Positions 47,162 to 57,688 of a stretch of 62,465 bases of DNA are shown in pieces. The DNA lies in contig CAZWRY010000004.1 of NCBI GenBank assembly GCA_964636505.1, forward strand, positions 4,985 through 67,449. Direction: 5' to 3'. The notes below the pieces were generated by a model, which ran no database searches, was not told the origin of the DNA, and was given only the letters and a program-made list of their open reading frames with translations. Source of the stretch: an uncultured Bdellovibrionales bacterium (lineage in GTDB: Bacteria; Patescibacteriota; Minisyncoccia; Moranbacterales; UBA2206). The position numbers were made by a program, and so were the translations under genes. Position 1 is the first letter of the stretch. Every line of letters begins with the position of its first letter.

Positions 47162-48319
47162 TTAGTTTTTAATCGGCATCACAATATAGATATAGTCTTC
47201 CATTATCTCTCCTTTTTTTTCACTCACTTCTTTTATCGCAACAGGCGATGTTTCATTATTAATTAAAATAGCTACCGATCTACTTGCAACAGAATTAAGT
47301 CCATCTAATAAATATTTTGGATTAAAAATAACCCTGTGGTTTTGTCCAACAATTTCAGCTTCAATTTCTGATGTATTTTCTCCAATTTCCGTGTTTTTAG
47401 CGCCAATAACTATTTTTCTTTGGTTTAAATTTGTTTCTAAAAAAATTTCACCCGCTTTACCTGAAGCAAAAACACTTGCCATTTTTACCGCACCCTGGAT
47501 AACTCCTTTTTCCAAAACAACTCTTGTTTGAAAGCTTTTTGGTAAGATGTGTTTATATTCAGGATATTTGCCGTTTATTAACCTTGAAACAATTTGTATG
47601 CCATTAATTTCAAAAAATATCTGACCATCTTCAATAGTTATAATCACATCACCCACCTCATTTGAAACCACCCTTAAAATTTCAGTAAGCGTGCTGGCTG
47701 GAATTATAAGGTTATTTATGTTTTTTATAAAAAGGCTGTAAATTTCCGTATTTTTATTTTTCTGTTCTAATTTAATCCTGTTTTCTGATAACCTAAAACT
47801 GTCCGTAGCCGCAAAAAAAACATTATCCTCTGTTAAAATAATGTTTACCCCAGTTAATTCCTGTCTAGTTTCATTAAAAGCTACACTAGGAAGAGTTTTT
47901 AAAATTATATTCTTTAAAATTTCACTTGAAACTAAAAATAGAAAATCTTCTTTTTTGGGTGGAATTAAGGGAAAGTCGTCTGCTAATAATCCCTTTATTA
48001 CAGCCTTTAATGACCCGCTAATTACCTTTAGCTCTTGGTTCACAGCTTCCAGTGTTATGTTTTCATTTTCTATTGGTAAATTATTAACAAAACCACTTAT
48101 TGTTTTTGCTGGTATGGTTATTTTTCCTGTTTTTTCTATTTTAGCGCCTACTTTTGAAATAATGCCTATTTCCAGATTGGTAGCTGAGATTTTTAAAATA
48201 TTATTTTCAGTTTCAAATAAAATATTATTTAATATAGGTAGTGTTGTTTGTTTAGAAACAATATGCTCCGAATTAAAAATAGCTTTTTTAAAATTTTCTT
48301 TAGTACAAATTAATTTCAT
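47162..48319 (-). CDS. dnaN: DNA polymerase III beta clamp
   Basis: LPILNNI, ATNLE, ATDSFRL, SRLINGKYP, VMPI. Confidence 0.97.
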   Translation of the reverse strand: MKLICTKENFKKAIFNSEHIVSKQTTLPILNNILFETENNILKISATNLEIGIISKVGAKIEKTGKITIPAKTISGFVNNLPIENENITLEAVNQELKVISGSLKAVIKGLLADDFPLIPPKKEDFLFLVSSEILKNIILKTLPSVAFNETRQELTGVNIILTEDNVFFAATDSFRLSENRIKLEQKNKNTEIYSLFIKNINNLIIPASTLTEILRVVSNEVGDVIITIEDGQIFFEINGIQIVSRLINGKYPEYKHILPKSFQTRVVLEKGVIQGAVKMASVFASGKAGEIFLETNLNQRKIVIGAKNTEIGENTSEIEAEIVGQNHRVIFNPKYLLDGLNSVASRSVAILINNETSPVAIKEVSEKKGEIMEDYIYIVMPIKN

Positions 48320-48565
48320 AAAATATTTAAGTTAAATTATTAGTTATTATTAAGAAATTGTTTTTTGTGGATAACTCTTTATTGGGGCTTTAAATAGGGA
48401 TAAATATTTGTGTGTGGTTGGGTAAAAAAAGAGTTTTTTTGGTTTTTTTGGGTGTATTATTAAAGATTAAAAATAAAAAAATAAAAAAATAACAAGAAAA
48501 ACAAAATATAAACACAAAAATATTAACTAAAAATAAGAGGTTATCCAATATTTATTCACAAATTA
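48320..48565. promoter_or_regulatory. Probable replication origin (oriC) with DnaA boxes
   Basis: TGTGGATAA 48366-48374, TTATTCACA 48552-48560, TTATCCAAT 48541-48549; very AT-rich; between dnaA and dnaN. Confidence 0.7.
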
Positions 48566-49951
48566 TTAACTTATTTTATACAACTGTTCTTTTAGGTGGG
48601 TGATTTCTTCTATTAATTTTTCATTAAACTCAAGCTCTTTTTTTATTTTTTCAAAAGCGTGCATGGCAGTGGTGTGATCTCTTCCTCCTAATTTTTCACC
48701 AATCCCAGGGTAAGAATAATTAAGCTCACTGCGCATAAGGTAAATAGCTACTTGTCTTGGTTTTACGATTTCTTTTTTTCTACCCTTAGTAATAAGGTCA
48801 TCCGGGCTGATGTCATAAAAATCAGAAACAACTCTAAATATGTGTTTATGGCTAATTCCCTTCTTTTTTCCGCTAGATACCAATTCTGATAAACAAGAAG
48901 AAACAAAAGGAAGGGTTAGCTTCTCATTGGACAACTGAGAAGAGACAAAAACTCTATTTAGAGCGCCTTCCAGCTCCCGAATATTATTAACAATATTTGA
49001 GGCGATAAACTCAAGGGCGGATAATTCTATGTCTAGGCCTAATTCGTCGGTTTTTTTTCTTAATATTGCCATGCGGGTTTCAAAATCAGCCCGGGAAACA
49101 TCAGCAATCATACCCCCCTCAAAACGCGATCTTAGTCTTTCTTCCAGTGTGGGGATGGCTTTTGGCGGCCGATCACTACTAAGAACGATTTGCTTATTGA
49201 GCTGATAAAGATGGTTAAAAATGTGAAAAAACTCTTCTTGTGTTTTTTCTTTTCCTGAAAGAAACTGAATATCATCAATAATAATTAAGTCTATTTTTTG
49301 GTAATATTCCTTAAATTCTTTTATTTTTTGGTTTTTGATAGAATCAATTAACTCGCCGGTAAATCTTTCCGATGTTATATATCTTACCCTTGTTTCTGGG
49401 TTTTTTCGTAAAACCTCATTACCGATTGATTGCAAAAGATGGGTTTTTCCTAGCCCAACTCCTCCGTAAATAAACAGGGGGTTGTAAATCTTGCCTAAAT
49501 TTTGAGAAACAACATAACAGGCCGCTCTTGCCAGTTCATTGCTGCCTCCAACAACAAAATTTTCAAAGGTATATTTTGGATTTAAGTTGTTTTCTTGGCT
49601 TATTTCAGCCACTACTGATTTATTTGGAGTTAAATTCGGAGTTTTTAGGGCTTTTTGCGGTGGTAAAACAGCATCAATGGAAGACTCCTTTTTAGGAATA
49701 AAAGAGTTGGTAATAATGGCGCAAGAAACATCCTTTATGTCGCTCTGAATATTGCGCAAAGCACGTAAAATATATATTTTATACTTGTTTTCAAGCCATT
49801 CTTTAGCAAAGCCATTAGGAACGCCAATACAAATACGACCCTCTTTATTCGTCAAAATACAGGTATTCTTAAACCAGGTAATAAAATTAGCCTTGGAAAT
49901 AGAAAGCTCAATTTCCCCTAAGGCTGCTCGCCAAAGATCTTCATTGGTCAT
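48566..49951 (-). CDS. dnaA: Chromosomal replication initiator DnaA
   Basis: YNPLFIYGGVGLGKTHL, IDDIQF, RELEGAL, GGRDHTT. Confidence 0.98.
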   Translation of the reverse strand: MTNEDLWRAALGEIELSISKANFITWFKNTCILTNKEGRICIGVPNGFAKEWLENKYKIYILRALRNIQSDIKDVSCAIITNSFIPKKESSIDAVLPPQKALKTPNLTPNKSVVAEISQENNLNPKYTFENFVVGGSNELARAACYVVSQNLGKIYNPLFIYGGVGLGKTHLLQSIGNEVLRKNPETRVRYITSERFTGELIDSIKNQKIKEFKEYYQKIDLIIIDDIQFLSGKEKTQEEFFHIFNHLYQLNKQIVLSSDRPPKAIPTLEERLRSRFEGGMIADVSRADFETRMAILRKKTDELGLDIELSALEFIASNIVNNIRELEGALNRVFVSSQLSNEKLTLPFVSSCLSELVSSGKKKGISHKHIFRVVSDFYDISPDDLITKGRKKEIVKPRQVAIYLMRSELNYSYPGIGEKLGGRDHTTAMHAFEKIKKELEFNEKLIEEITHLKEQLYKIS

Positions 49952-50193
49952 AAAAATAAAAAAGAAATTGCTTAGCTTGTAGTAAAAAGTATATCAAAAA
50001 GGATCAGGTATGGCTAGGTCCTGAAAGAGGATAAAGATGTTGATAATTTGTTGACAACTAACCTATTTTATAAAAAAAGCCAATTAAAAAAACTGGCCTA
50101 GAAAAAAGAATAATTGACTATTTGGGCAATAGTTGATAAGCTTTTAAATAGTTAAATCAGGTTAATAAACAGATAAAATTTTTACAAAAGCTT

Positions 50194-50331
50194 ATGAGCC
50201 AAACATATAAACCAAAAAGCACCAGGAGAAAAAAAAGACATGGTTTTAGAAAAAGAAACCAAACAAGTGACGGAAAGAAAGTCTTAAAAAGAAGGAGACA
50301 AAAAGGTCGAAAAAAGCTGACAACCGTATAG
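50194..50331 (+). CDS. rpmH: 50S ribosomal protein L34 (not in the ORF track)
   Basis: Manual translation: [45 protein letters not shown]. Confidence 0.95.
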   Translation: MSQTYKPKSTRRKKRHGFRKRNQTSDGKKVLKRRRQKGRKKLTTV

Positions 50332-50378
50332 TTTTTTGAGATTTAAAAAGAACAGCAAAAATATTTTTTTAAAGCTTA

Positions 50379-50705
50379 ATGTTAAAAAAATTAAGAAAAA
50401 AGGAAGAATTTGAAAAAGTCTATAAAAAAGGAATAACTTTTTTGTACGGGAATATTGTTATTAGATTTTTAAAAAATGGATTGGGTTTTTCGCGAATCGG
50501 AGTTGTCGTTAGCGGAAGATTTTCAAAAAAAGCGGTAGAAAGAAATAAAATAAAAAGACAGCTAAGATATATTTTTCAAAAAGAAAGGTTGTTGTTTGAA
50601 AAAAACATTGATATCGTTGTGCTGCCCAAAAAGGGAAAAACAAACTTTCGTTTGTTGCGAGAAAATACAGAAAAAGCCCTTAAAAAAGCCAAAATAATCA
50701 CTTAA
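50379..50705 (+). CDS. rnpA: Ribonuclease P protein
   Basis: RIGVVVS..KKAVERNKIKR; follows rpmH. Confidence 0.93.
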   Translation: MLKKLRKKEEFEKVYKKGITFLYGNIVIRFLKNGLGFSRIGVVVSGRFSKKAVERNKIKRQLRYIFQKERLLFEKNIDIVVLPKKGKTNFRLLRENTEKALKKAKIIT

Positions 50706-50715
50706 AATAAACAAG

Positions 50716-51495
50716 ATGATGGAATTTTTTGACCTCCTCGTTTACAATCCAGTTTACAATTTATTAGTTTTTGTGTACTCGGTTTTTTCCTGGAGAGATT
50801 TTGGCGTGGCGATTATTCTTGTTACTTTAATTATAAAATTCATATTAATACCTCTTAGCAAGAAACAAATTGAATCACAAAAGAAAATGCAAGAACTTCA
50901 GCCAAAAATAAAAGAAGTTCAGGAAAAATATAAAAATGACAAAGAAAAACAAAGCCGAGCTTTACTGGAACTTTATAAAGAAAACAAAACAAATCCGTTT
51001 TCCGGTTGTTTGCCGTTAATAATACAGCTGGTTTTTCTGATTGCCATATATCGGGTCCTCTTTAACATTTCAAACGCTGGACTCAAGGTTGATGTAAGCA
51101 CACTTTATTCGTTTGTTCCCGATCCCGGGCAAATTAATAAAATGTTTTTAGGGATAATTGACTTATCCTCAACTCTGAATATTGGCAGTCTGTCACTGAA
51201 AGACATGCCGCATCTAGTTTTGGTTTTGTTGGCTGCGGGTGCCCAATATTTTCAAACCAAGATGTTGATGGTTGCTAAAAAAGAAGAAAACAAAAATAAA
51301 AAACCAACGGAAAACACTGGAAAGCCCGATTTTTCAGAAATAATGACCAAACAAATGCTTTATCTGGGTCCACTTCTGACTCTTTTTATCGGAATAAAAT
51401 TTCCGGCCGGACTAGCTCTATATTGGTTTGTTTCAACGGGCTTTATGATTGTTCAGCAATATTATTTGAACAAAAAAGACCGAAAAACAGCCTAA
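50716..51495 (+). CDS. yidC: YidC/Oxa1 membrane insertase, short form
   Basis: MQELQPKI, NPFSGCLP..Q, PAGLALYW. Confidence 0.93.
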   Translation: MMEFFDLLVYNPVYNLLVFVYSVFSWRDFGVAIILVTLIIKFILIPLSKKQIESQKKMQELQPKIKEVQEKYKNDKEKQSRALLELYKENKTNPFSGCLPLIIQLVFLIAIYRVLFNISNAGLKVDVSTLYSFVPDPGQINKMFLGIIDLSSTLNIGSLSLKDMPHLVLVLLAAGAQYFQTKMLMVAKKEENKNKKPTENTGKPDFSEIMTKQMLYLGPLLTLFIGIKFPAGLALYWFVSTGFMIVQQYYLNKKDRKTA

Positions 51496-51583
51496 AGCTA
51501 AAAATAACTGTTAATTTTGATAGCTCCATATCTTTTAAAAGCGATAAAGGCCTTAAGGCAAAGATGTGGGGCAAAAGAAAACC

Positions 51584-52078
51584 ATGGAAAACCAGGAAAA
51601 CAATGCTTTAATCAAAGAACAAATAAAAGAAATAATCAAAAGTCTTGTTGAAAAAATGGGCTTTGTTTGTGATGTGGAGATATTGGATAGTCAAGACATG
51701 CAAAATATAGAAAAAAACCTTATTTGTAACATTAAAACTAAAGAATCCAACTTTTTAATCGGACAATATGGGGTTAACTTGCAATCTCTTCAGCACATAA
51801 GTCGTTTAATAATTAAGCGAAAAATAGAACAAAGGATCAACTTTGTTTTAGATGTTAATTTTTATCGTCAGGAAAAAAATTCTTCTATAGTAAGGCTAGC
51901 AACAGAAATGTCCGAACAAGCCTTAAGAGAAAGAAGGGCGGTTGTTCTTCGCCCAATGTCTTCATATGAACGAAGGATTGTTCACATAGAACTTAGCAAG
52001 AACAATCAAATTAAAACAGAAAGCATTGGGGAGGGAGAAGAAAGAAAGGTTGTAATAAAGCCAGCAGACCTAGCTTAG
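51584..52078 (+). CDS. Jag/KhpB-like KH-R3H RNA-binding protein
   Basis: LIGQYG..LQ, PMSSYERRIVH, TESIGEGEERKVVI. Confidence 0.88.
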   Translation: MENQENNALIKEQIKEIIKSLVEKMGFVCDVEILDSQDMQNIEKNLICNIKTKESNFLIGQYGVNLQSLQHISRLIIKRKIEQRINFVLDVNFYRQEKNSSIVRLATEMSEQALRERRAVVLRPMSSYERRIVHIELSKNNQIKTESIGEGEERKVVIKPADLA

Positions 52079-52091
52079 ATTTTATATTTTT

Positions 52092-53534
52092 ATGGCAGTA
52101 GCTAAAAAAATAGCGTACAATGTTTTGGTTAGTAGTGTTTCTAAGGCACTAGCGACTGTTTTAGCATTGGTTTCAATTGGTTTTATTACGCGCTATTTGG
52201 GCAAAGAAGGTTTTGGCGATTACGCAACGCTGCTGGCCTTTTTGTCTTTTTTTACAGCCATTGCGGATTTGGGGCTGTACCACATCTCAACCCGAGAGAT
52301 TTCTAGAGTTGGAGCCAATGAAGAAAAAGTTATTGGAAATATTTTTTCTCTAAGGTTAGCAGCCTCTCTTTTTGTGGTTATTCTTTCTCCTGTAATAATC
52401 TTTTTTTTGCCTTATCCTATCATAGTTAAACAAGGAATTTTTATTGTGGCGCTTTCTTTTTTATTTTCTTCTTCATACCAAATGTTAAACGGTGTTTTTC
52501 AAAAAAATTTGGCTATGGATAAGGTTGTTTTGGCCGAACTTATAGGTAAATTTGTTCAAGTGGGGGTTATTATTGTGGCGGTTAAGCTGAGACTTAACTT
52601 GCTTTGGGTTATCTCTTCGCTCCTTTGCTATATGGTGGTGAGCTTTCTGATTGTGTTCTTTTGGTCCAAAAAATATATAAGATTTAAGTTACAATTTGAC
52701 CTGAGCTATTGGAAAACTTTTTTAAAGGAGTCTTTGCCGATGGGGGCCGTAGCTATTATTACTTTCCTTTATTTTAAAATGGACACACTGATGCTTTCTT
52801 TTATGAAAAGCAACGCAGATGTGGGTATCTACAACGCAGCATACAAGGTTTTAGAGAATCTGACTTTTTTTCCGGCCATGGTGGCCGGGCTCATAATGCC
52901 CATAATGGCTAAGAATATTTTTTTAGACAGAAAAGAATTTGAAATTGTGGCCAATAAGATGTTTAAGTTTTTTTTAATAATTATCATTCCGTTAATTATT
53001 GGCGTTCTTTTTCTCTCTGACGGAATAATTGGCATTATCAGCGGATCCGGTTTTTCAGAATCGGCTAATGTTTTACGGATATTGGTTTTTGCTTTAGCTT
53101 TTATCTTTTTTGGACAATTTTTTAATACCATTTTAATTGTAGGGAATCTGCAAAGAAAGCTCATGGTAGTTTTGTCCTTAGCGGCCGTGGTTAATATTTC
53201 TTTGAATTATTTTCTTATCCCCCGGTTTTCTTATTTGGCTTCTGCTTGGACCTCGGTTATAACAGAATTTGTGGTGGTCCTTTTTACTTTTTTGATGGTT
53301 TTTATGAAGATTAAATACTTGCCTAAAATAGAAAAGTTTTGGGGACTAATTTTGGCCGGCGCCCTAATGGCAACTTTCCTTGCTGTTTTTAAAGAAATTA
53401 ACTTTTTTGTCCTTATTCTTAGCAGTGCAGCTTTGTACTTTGTTTTTATCTGGATTTTTAATGTAGTACAAACTTCCGAAATAATCAGTCTTATTAGCAA
53501 AAAAGGAATTCAAGAATATGAAGAGCTACCCTAA
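52092..53534 (+). CDS. Wzx-type oligosaccharide flippase
   Basis: RYLGKEGFGDY, DLGL, VGIYNAAY; many TM helices. Confidence 0.9.
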   Translation: MAVAKKIAYNVLVSSVSKALATVLALVSIGFITRYLGKEGFGDYATLLAFLSFFTAIADLGLYHISTREISRVGANEEKVIGNIFSLRLAASLFVVILSPVIIFFLPYPIIVKQGIFIVALSFLFSSSYQMLNGVFQKNLAMDKVVLAELIGKFVQVGVIIVAVKLRLNLLWVISSLLCYMVVSFLIVFFWSKKYIRFKLQFDLSYWKTFLKESLPMGAVAIITFLYFKMDTLMLSFMKSNADVGIYNAAYKVLENLTFFPAMVAGLIMPIMAKNIFLDRKEFEIVANKMFKFFLIIIIPLIIGVLFLSDGIIGIISGSGFSESANVLRILVFALAFIFFGQFFNTILIVGNLQRKLMVVLSLAAVVNISLNYFLIPRFSYLASAWTSVITEFVVVLFTFLMVFMKIKYLPKIEKFWGLILAGALMATFLAVFKEINFFVLILSSAALYFVFIWIFNVVQTSEIISLISKKGIQEYEELP

Positions 53535-54396
53535 AGTTTTTATTGTAATTTTAAACTATAATGGCAAGGATGTGATAAAGAAATGTCTCGCCAGCGTTTT
53601 TAAGGTTGATTATCCGAACTTTGAGGTTGTGATTGTTGACAACAATTCTTCTGACGGATCTTTTGAAATGGCCAAAAGCACTTTTTCCAAGGCTAGCTTT
53701 ATCAAAAATGAAGAAAACTTGGGGTTTTCTGCCGGAAATAACATTGGAATTCGTTTTGCCATTGAGAGAATGGCCGACTATGTCCTGATTTTAAACCCGG
53801 ATACGGAAGTTGAAAAAGATTTTTTAGTAAAGCTCGTAGAAGAAGGAGAAAAAGACAAAAACACCGGGATAATCAGTCCGGTAATTTTTAGTGAAGTCAC
53901 CAAGGAAGCATGGTTTTCCTGCGGAAAAATCAATTGGCTTAGAATGAGGTCTTGGCATGAGAGAGGCATAAAAAAAGAAGAGAGCTATCAAACAGAATTT
54001 ATCACCGGCTGTGCCATGTTGGTAAAAAAAGAAGTTTTTAAAAAAATCGGACTTTTTGATGAAAACTTTTTTCTTTACTGGGAAGACGTTGATTTTAGTC
54101 TCAGGGCAAAAAAAGCCGGGTTTAAAAATAGGACAGTTTCTTCCAGCTGGATTTATCATTCAGAAGAAAGCGAAAAAAATAACAAAAATAAGACCTATTG
54201 GCTGGTTTTTTCCGGACTTCTTTTTTTTGAGAAAAACACCCCTCTTTTATTGCGAGCCTGGGTTTCCTTGTTTGTTTTTTTGCGTAAAATTAAAAATAAA
54301 TACGATATTTTTAAAAACAAAAACGATGAAACGGCCAAAATGGTACGCAAGGCCTATGTTGATTTTGAGAAAGCAAAAAAATATCTTTTGTTTTAA
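53518..54396 (+). CDS. Glycosyltransferase family 2
   Basis: ILNYNG, VDNNSSDGS, NPD, FLYWEDVDFS. Confidence 0.92.
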   Translation: MKSYPKVFIVILNYNGKDVIKKCLASVFKVDYPNFEVVIVDNNSSDGSFEMAKSTFSKASFIKNEENLGFSAGNNIGIRFAIERMADYVLILNPDTEVEKDFLVKLVEEGEKDKNTGIISPVIFSEVTKEAWFSCGKINWLRMRSWHERGIKKEESYQTEFITGCAMLVKKEVFKKIGLFDENFFLYWEDVDFSLRAKKAGFKNRTVSSSWIYHSEESEKNNKNKTYWLVFSGLLFFEKNTPLLLRAWVSLFVFLRKIKNKYDIFKNKNDETAKMVRKAYVDFEKAKKYLLF

Positions 54397-54425
54397 GGCC
54401 AAGATAGAAATACTTTTAAACGATT

Positions 54426-55250
54426 TTGCTTAAACACTTAAAAGGAAAAATGTCTTTTTCGCCAAACAAAAAAATTTCCGTTATTTTGGTTAACTACAGA
54501 AGTGAAAAAAATATCTTCCGCTGTCTTTTGTCAGTTAAAAATTTTCTGCGAAATGTTGCGCATGAAATTATTATAGTGAATAACGATAAAGAAGAAGATT
54601 TAAACGAAGTTAAAAAAAGATTTGCAGAAATAACAATAATAAACCAAACAAAAAATATCGGCTTTGGAAGGGCGATTAATGTCGGGGTTGAGATGGCCAA
54701 AGGAGAAATCCTGTTTTTTTTAAATCCTGATGCGGAGATAGTTTTTGGAAAAATAGCGGAAGTTGCCAGAATCTTCTCAGGAGATAAAAATGTGGGTATT
54801 TTGGGTTGTCGGATAGTAAGCGAAAGGGGTCAGGTTCAGCCTTGGATTGCCGGAGTGGAAAAAACGTTTTGGGATCTTTTGAAAAACAATCTGGGCATCA
54901 AAAAAAGCCAGAAAATATGGAAAGCAAAACAAAAAACCAGGGCAGACTGGGTGGCGGCTACAGCGATGTTTATAAGGAAAGACCTGTTTAATTATTTGGG
55001 TGGCTTTGATAACAATATTTTTTTATACTTTGAAGATGTTGATCTTTGCGCTAGGGCTGCAAAAACGGGGGCAAAAATTATATTTTTTCCTGGCTTTATG
55101 GTGAGACATAAGGGCGGAGCCAGTTTTAAGGATAAAAAAGCTCAAAAAAAATATTACTATGCTTCTCAGGAATATTATTTTCAAAAACATTGCCAGAAGT
55201 GGGAAGCTGTCATTATTAAATTAATTGGGAAAATTTTTTATGCCATATAA
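54426..55250 (+). CDS. Glycosyltransferase family 2
   Basis: LVNY, NPDAE, FLYFEDVDLC; likely start MSFSPN at 54450. Confidence 0.9.
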   Translation: MLKHLKGKMSFSPNKKISVILVNYRSEKNIFRCLLSVKNFLRNVAHEIIIVNNDKEEDLNEVKKRFAEITIINQTKNIGFGRAINVGVEMAKGEILFFLNPDAEIVFGKIAEVARIFSGDKNVGILGCRIVSERGQVQPWIAGVEKTFWDLLKNNLGIKKSQKIWKAKQKTRADWVAATAMFIRKDLFNYLGGFDNNIFLYFEDVDLCARAAKTGAKIIFFPGFMVRHKGGASFKDKKAQKKYYYASQEYYFQKHCQKWEAVIIKLIGKIFYAI

Positions 55251-56508
55251 ATTATTTTTATTTGTCTGTGTTCTCTTGCCTTTTCAGGTGGCGCTGAATC
55301 CGGCGGAAGGAATTGATTTAGCTTCAATCAGGGTTCTTATTTTGCTGATCTTTTTTCTTTGTCTGAGTGAAGGATTAAAAAAGAAAAACATAAGAATCCC
55401 TTTTAATATTCAAAACGGACTGATTTTTTCTTTCCTTTTTTTTAATGCCCTGTCTTTTTTTGTGGCCAGAAACAACGATTGGTCATTAAGAAAATTACTT
55501 TTTCTTTTTTCTGTTTTTCCGATTTATTTTGCCGGCGTATATTTAATTAATAACAGGGAGAAGCTTATTTCAATTGCTAAAGCCATTGTTTTAGGCGGGA
55601 CCTTAGCAGCAGTTTTGGGTATAGGCCAGTTCTTTTTTCAGTTTATTTTTGGATTAGAAAAAGTATATAAAATTTGGGCAGACCATGTTATCGTGCCTTT
55701 TTTGGGGAAAAATTTTTCTGAGGCTGTCTTGCAAAACCCAAGCTGGTTAGTCAATATTTCAAGAGAAACATATCTAAGAGCTACGGCTACTTTTCCTGAT
55801 CCGCATATGTTCTCTTTTTTCTTGGGAATTGTCATAGCATTTGTCTTGGTGCTCTTGCTAACAGAAAAAAGAAAGGTGCTTTATGGTTTGGCCTTAAGCG
55901 TTTTGCTTGTTGCTGATGGGCTTACTTTTTCAAGGAGCGGGTATTTGGGGATTGTGGCGGGAGCAATCTTTCTGGTTGTTTTCTTTTGGAAAAAAATGCG
56001 TTTGCGAGGTAAAGTGCTTTTTCTTTCAGTTTGTTTTTTAGCAGGACTTTTTTTGGCAACTCCCAATCCTGTTTCTGTCAGATATGTTTCAATTTTTAAT
56101 TTAAAAGAAGGCTCCAATAAAGGAAGACTTGAGATTTGGGAGAGAACCTCGGAAATTATAAAAGAAAAACCGCTTTTAGGGGTTGGGATTGGTAATTATC
56201 CTCTTGAAATTAAGCCTACGGCGGCCTACAGGGAGCCTTTCTATGCTCACAACACATATCTTGACATTGCTGCGGAGACAGGGGTCTTAAACGCGTTTAT
56301 TTGGCTTGGAGTGCTTTTCTTTTTTTGGCGATCTTTTAAACAAAAAGCCCAAAAAGACCGTCTTTTTTTGGGCTTAGCTTTTGGAGTTGTTGTTTTTGCC
56401 GTTCAGTCTTTAGCAGAAACTGCCCTTTATTCTCCGATTATTTTAGCTCTCTTTTTAATTTTATTGAGCCTTGATAACATAAAAGAAAATGAATATAAGT
56501 GCAATTAA
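55225..56508 (+). CDS. O-antigen ligase family (Wzy_C) membrane protein
   Basis: TFSRSG, PLLGVGIGNY, YAHNTYL..E.G. Confidence 0.85.
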   Translation: MGKFFMPYKLFLFVCVLLPFQVALNPAEGIDLASIRVLILLIFFLCLSEGLKKKNIRIPFNIQNGLIFSFLFFNALSFFVARNNDWSLRKLLFLFSVFPIYFAGVYLINNREKLISIAKAIVLGGTLAAVLGIGQFFFQFIFGLEKVYKIWADHVIVPFLGKNFSEAVLQNPSWLVNISRETYLRATATFPDPHMFSFFLGIVIAFVLVLLLTEKRKVLYGLALSVLLVADGLTFSRSGYLGIVAGAIFLVVFFWKKMRLRGKVLFLSVCFLAGLFLATPNPVSVRYVSIFNLKEGSNKGRLEIWERTSEIIKEKPLLGVGIGNYPLEIKPTAAYREPFYAHNTYLDIAAETGVLNAFIWLGVLFFFWRSFKQKAQKDRLFLGLAFGVVVFAVQSLAETALYSPIILALFLILLSLDNIKENEYKCN

Positions 56509-57685
56509 AATAAAATTTTGGCAATTATTTACCCTGGAAAACTGGATCTATGCTTCCCTTTTTTTTCTGCCGAGTTATTTAATAAAGATAAAAATCCAAA
56601 TATTTTCTACTAATGTTTGGGAAATGTTGGTGATTACAGGGCTGATAATTTGGTTTTGGAACAAAAAGTATTCTTTTGATTTAGATAGTAGTTTCCTTTT
56701 AAGGTACAAAAAATATTTTTTGCCTGTCGGACTTATTTTTACTGGACTTTTTTTGGGTACCTTTTTGAGCGGAAGTTGTTATTCGGGAATCGGGATAATT
56801 AAGGGGTGGTTTATTATCCCGATTATTTTTTTGTTTCTTGCTTCAGAGGCTTTGGAGGGGGAAAGGTTAGAAAAAATGTTTCAAGCTTTCTATTTTTCAG
56901 CATTAACTACAGCTGTAATTGCTGCGTTTTTTTGGTTTTTTGGACAAACGACATTTGACGGCAGACTTAAATCTTTTTTCAATTCACCCAATTATCTGGC
57001 AATGTATCTGTCTCCGGCGATAGTTATCGGAGCGGTCCTGTTTGAGAAAAAAAAGGTTTTTTATTTTGTTTCTTTGTCTTTCATTTTGGCAGTATTTTTT
57101 CTTACTTATTCTTTTGCTGCGTGGGGGGCCGTCTTTTTTTCTGTCGGAGCCATTTTTTTGCTAAGGGGCAAAATAAGCAAGAAAAATATCCTGGCAATTG
57201 GAGCCGTTTTGGTTATTTTGGCATCTTTTTTTGTGTTGGAATTAAAGGCTAAAAAAATGGAAGATTTCATTTCTTTGGATAGCCGATCATCTTTTTCTTC
57301 ACGGGTAATGATATGGAAGACGGCCGAAAGGCTGATTAAAGAAAATATTTTTTGGGGAATTGGTCCGGGAAACTTTCAAAACAAATATTTGGAATACCAA
57401 AAATATTATCCGGCCTATTTGGAATGGGCAGTTCCGCATCCGCACAATATTTTTTTGACTTTCTGGCTTTATTCCGGACTTTTGGGGCTGATTGGATTTC
57501 TGTTTTTGCTCGGGATGTTTTTTTGGGAATTTTTTAAAAAAGAAAAAAGCGCCACGAGTTTTATGGCGCTGGGTATTATGTTGATTATTTTAATTCACGG
57601 TCTTTTGGATACCACCTATTTTAAAAATGATTTAGCGGTAATTTTTTGGTTGACTTTTTTGGGAATGATGAAGGCAAAAGGTTAA
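56489..57685 (+). CDS. O-antigen ligase family (Wzy_C) membrane protein
   Basis: SPNYLA, WGIGPGNF, PHPHNIFL. Confidence 0.85.
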   Translation: MNISAIKIKFWQLFTLENWIYASLFFLPSYLIKIKIQIFSTNVWEMLVITGLIIWFWNKKYSFDLDSSFLLRYKKYFLPVGLIFTGLFLGTFLSGSCYSGIGIIKGWFIIPIIFLFLASEALEGERLEKMFQAFYFSALTTAVIAAFFWFFGQTTFDGRLKSFFNSPNYLAMYLSPAIVIGAVLFEKKKVFYFVSLSFILAVFFLTYSFAAWGAVFFSVGAIFLLRGKISKKNILAIGAVLVILASFFVLELKAKKMEDFISLDSRSSFSSRVMIWKTAERLIKENIFWGIGPGNFQNKYLEYQKYYPAYLEWAVPHPHNIFLTFWLYSGLLGLIGFLFLLGMFFWEFFKKEKSATSFMALGIMLIILIHGLLDTTYFKNDLAVIFWLTFLGMMKAKG

Positions 57686-57688
57686 AGA

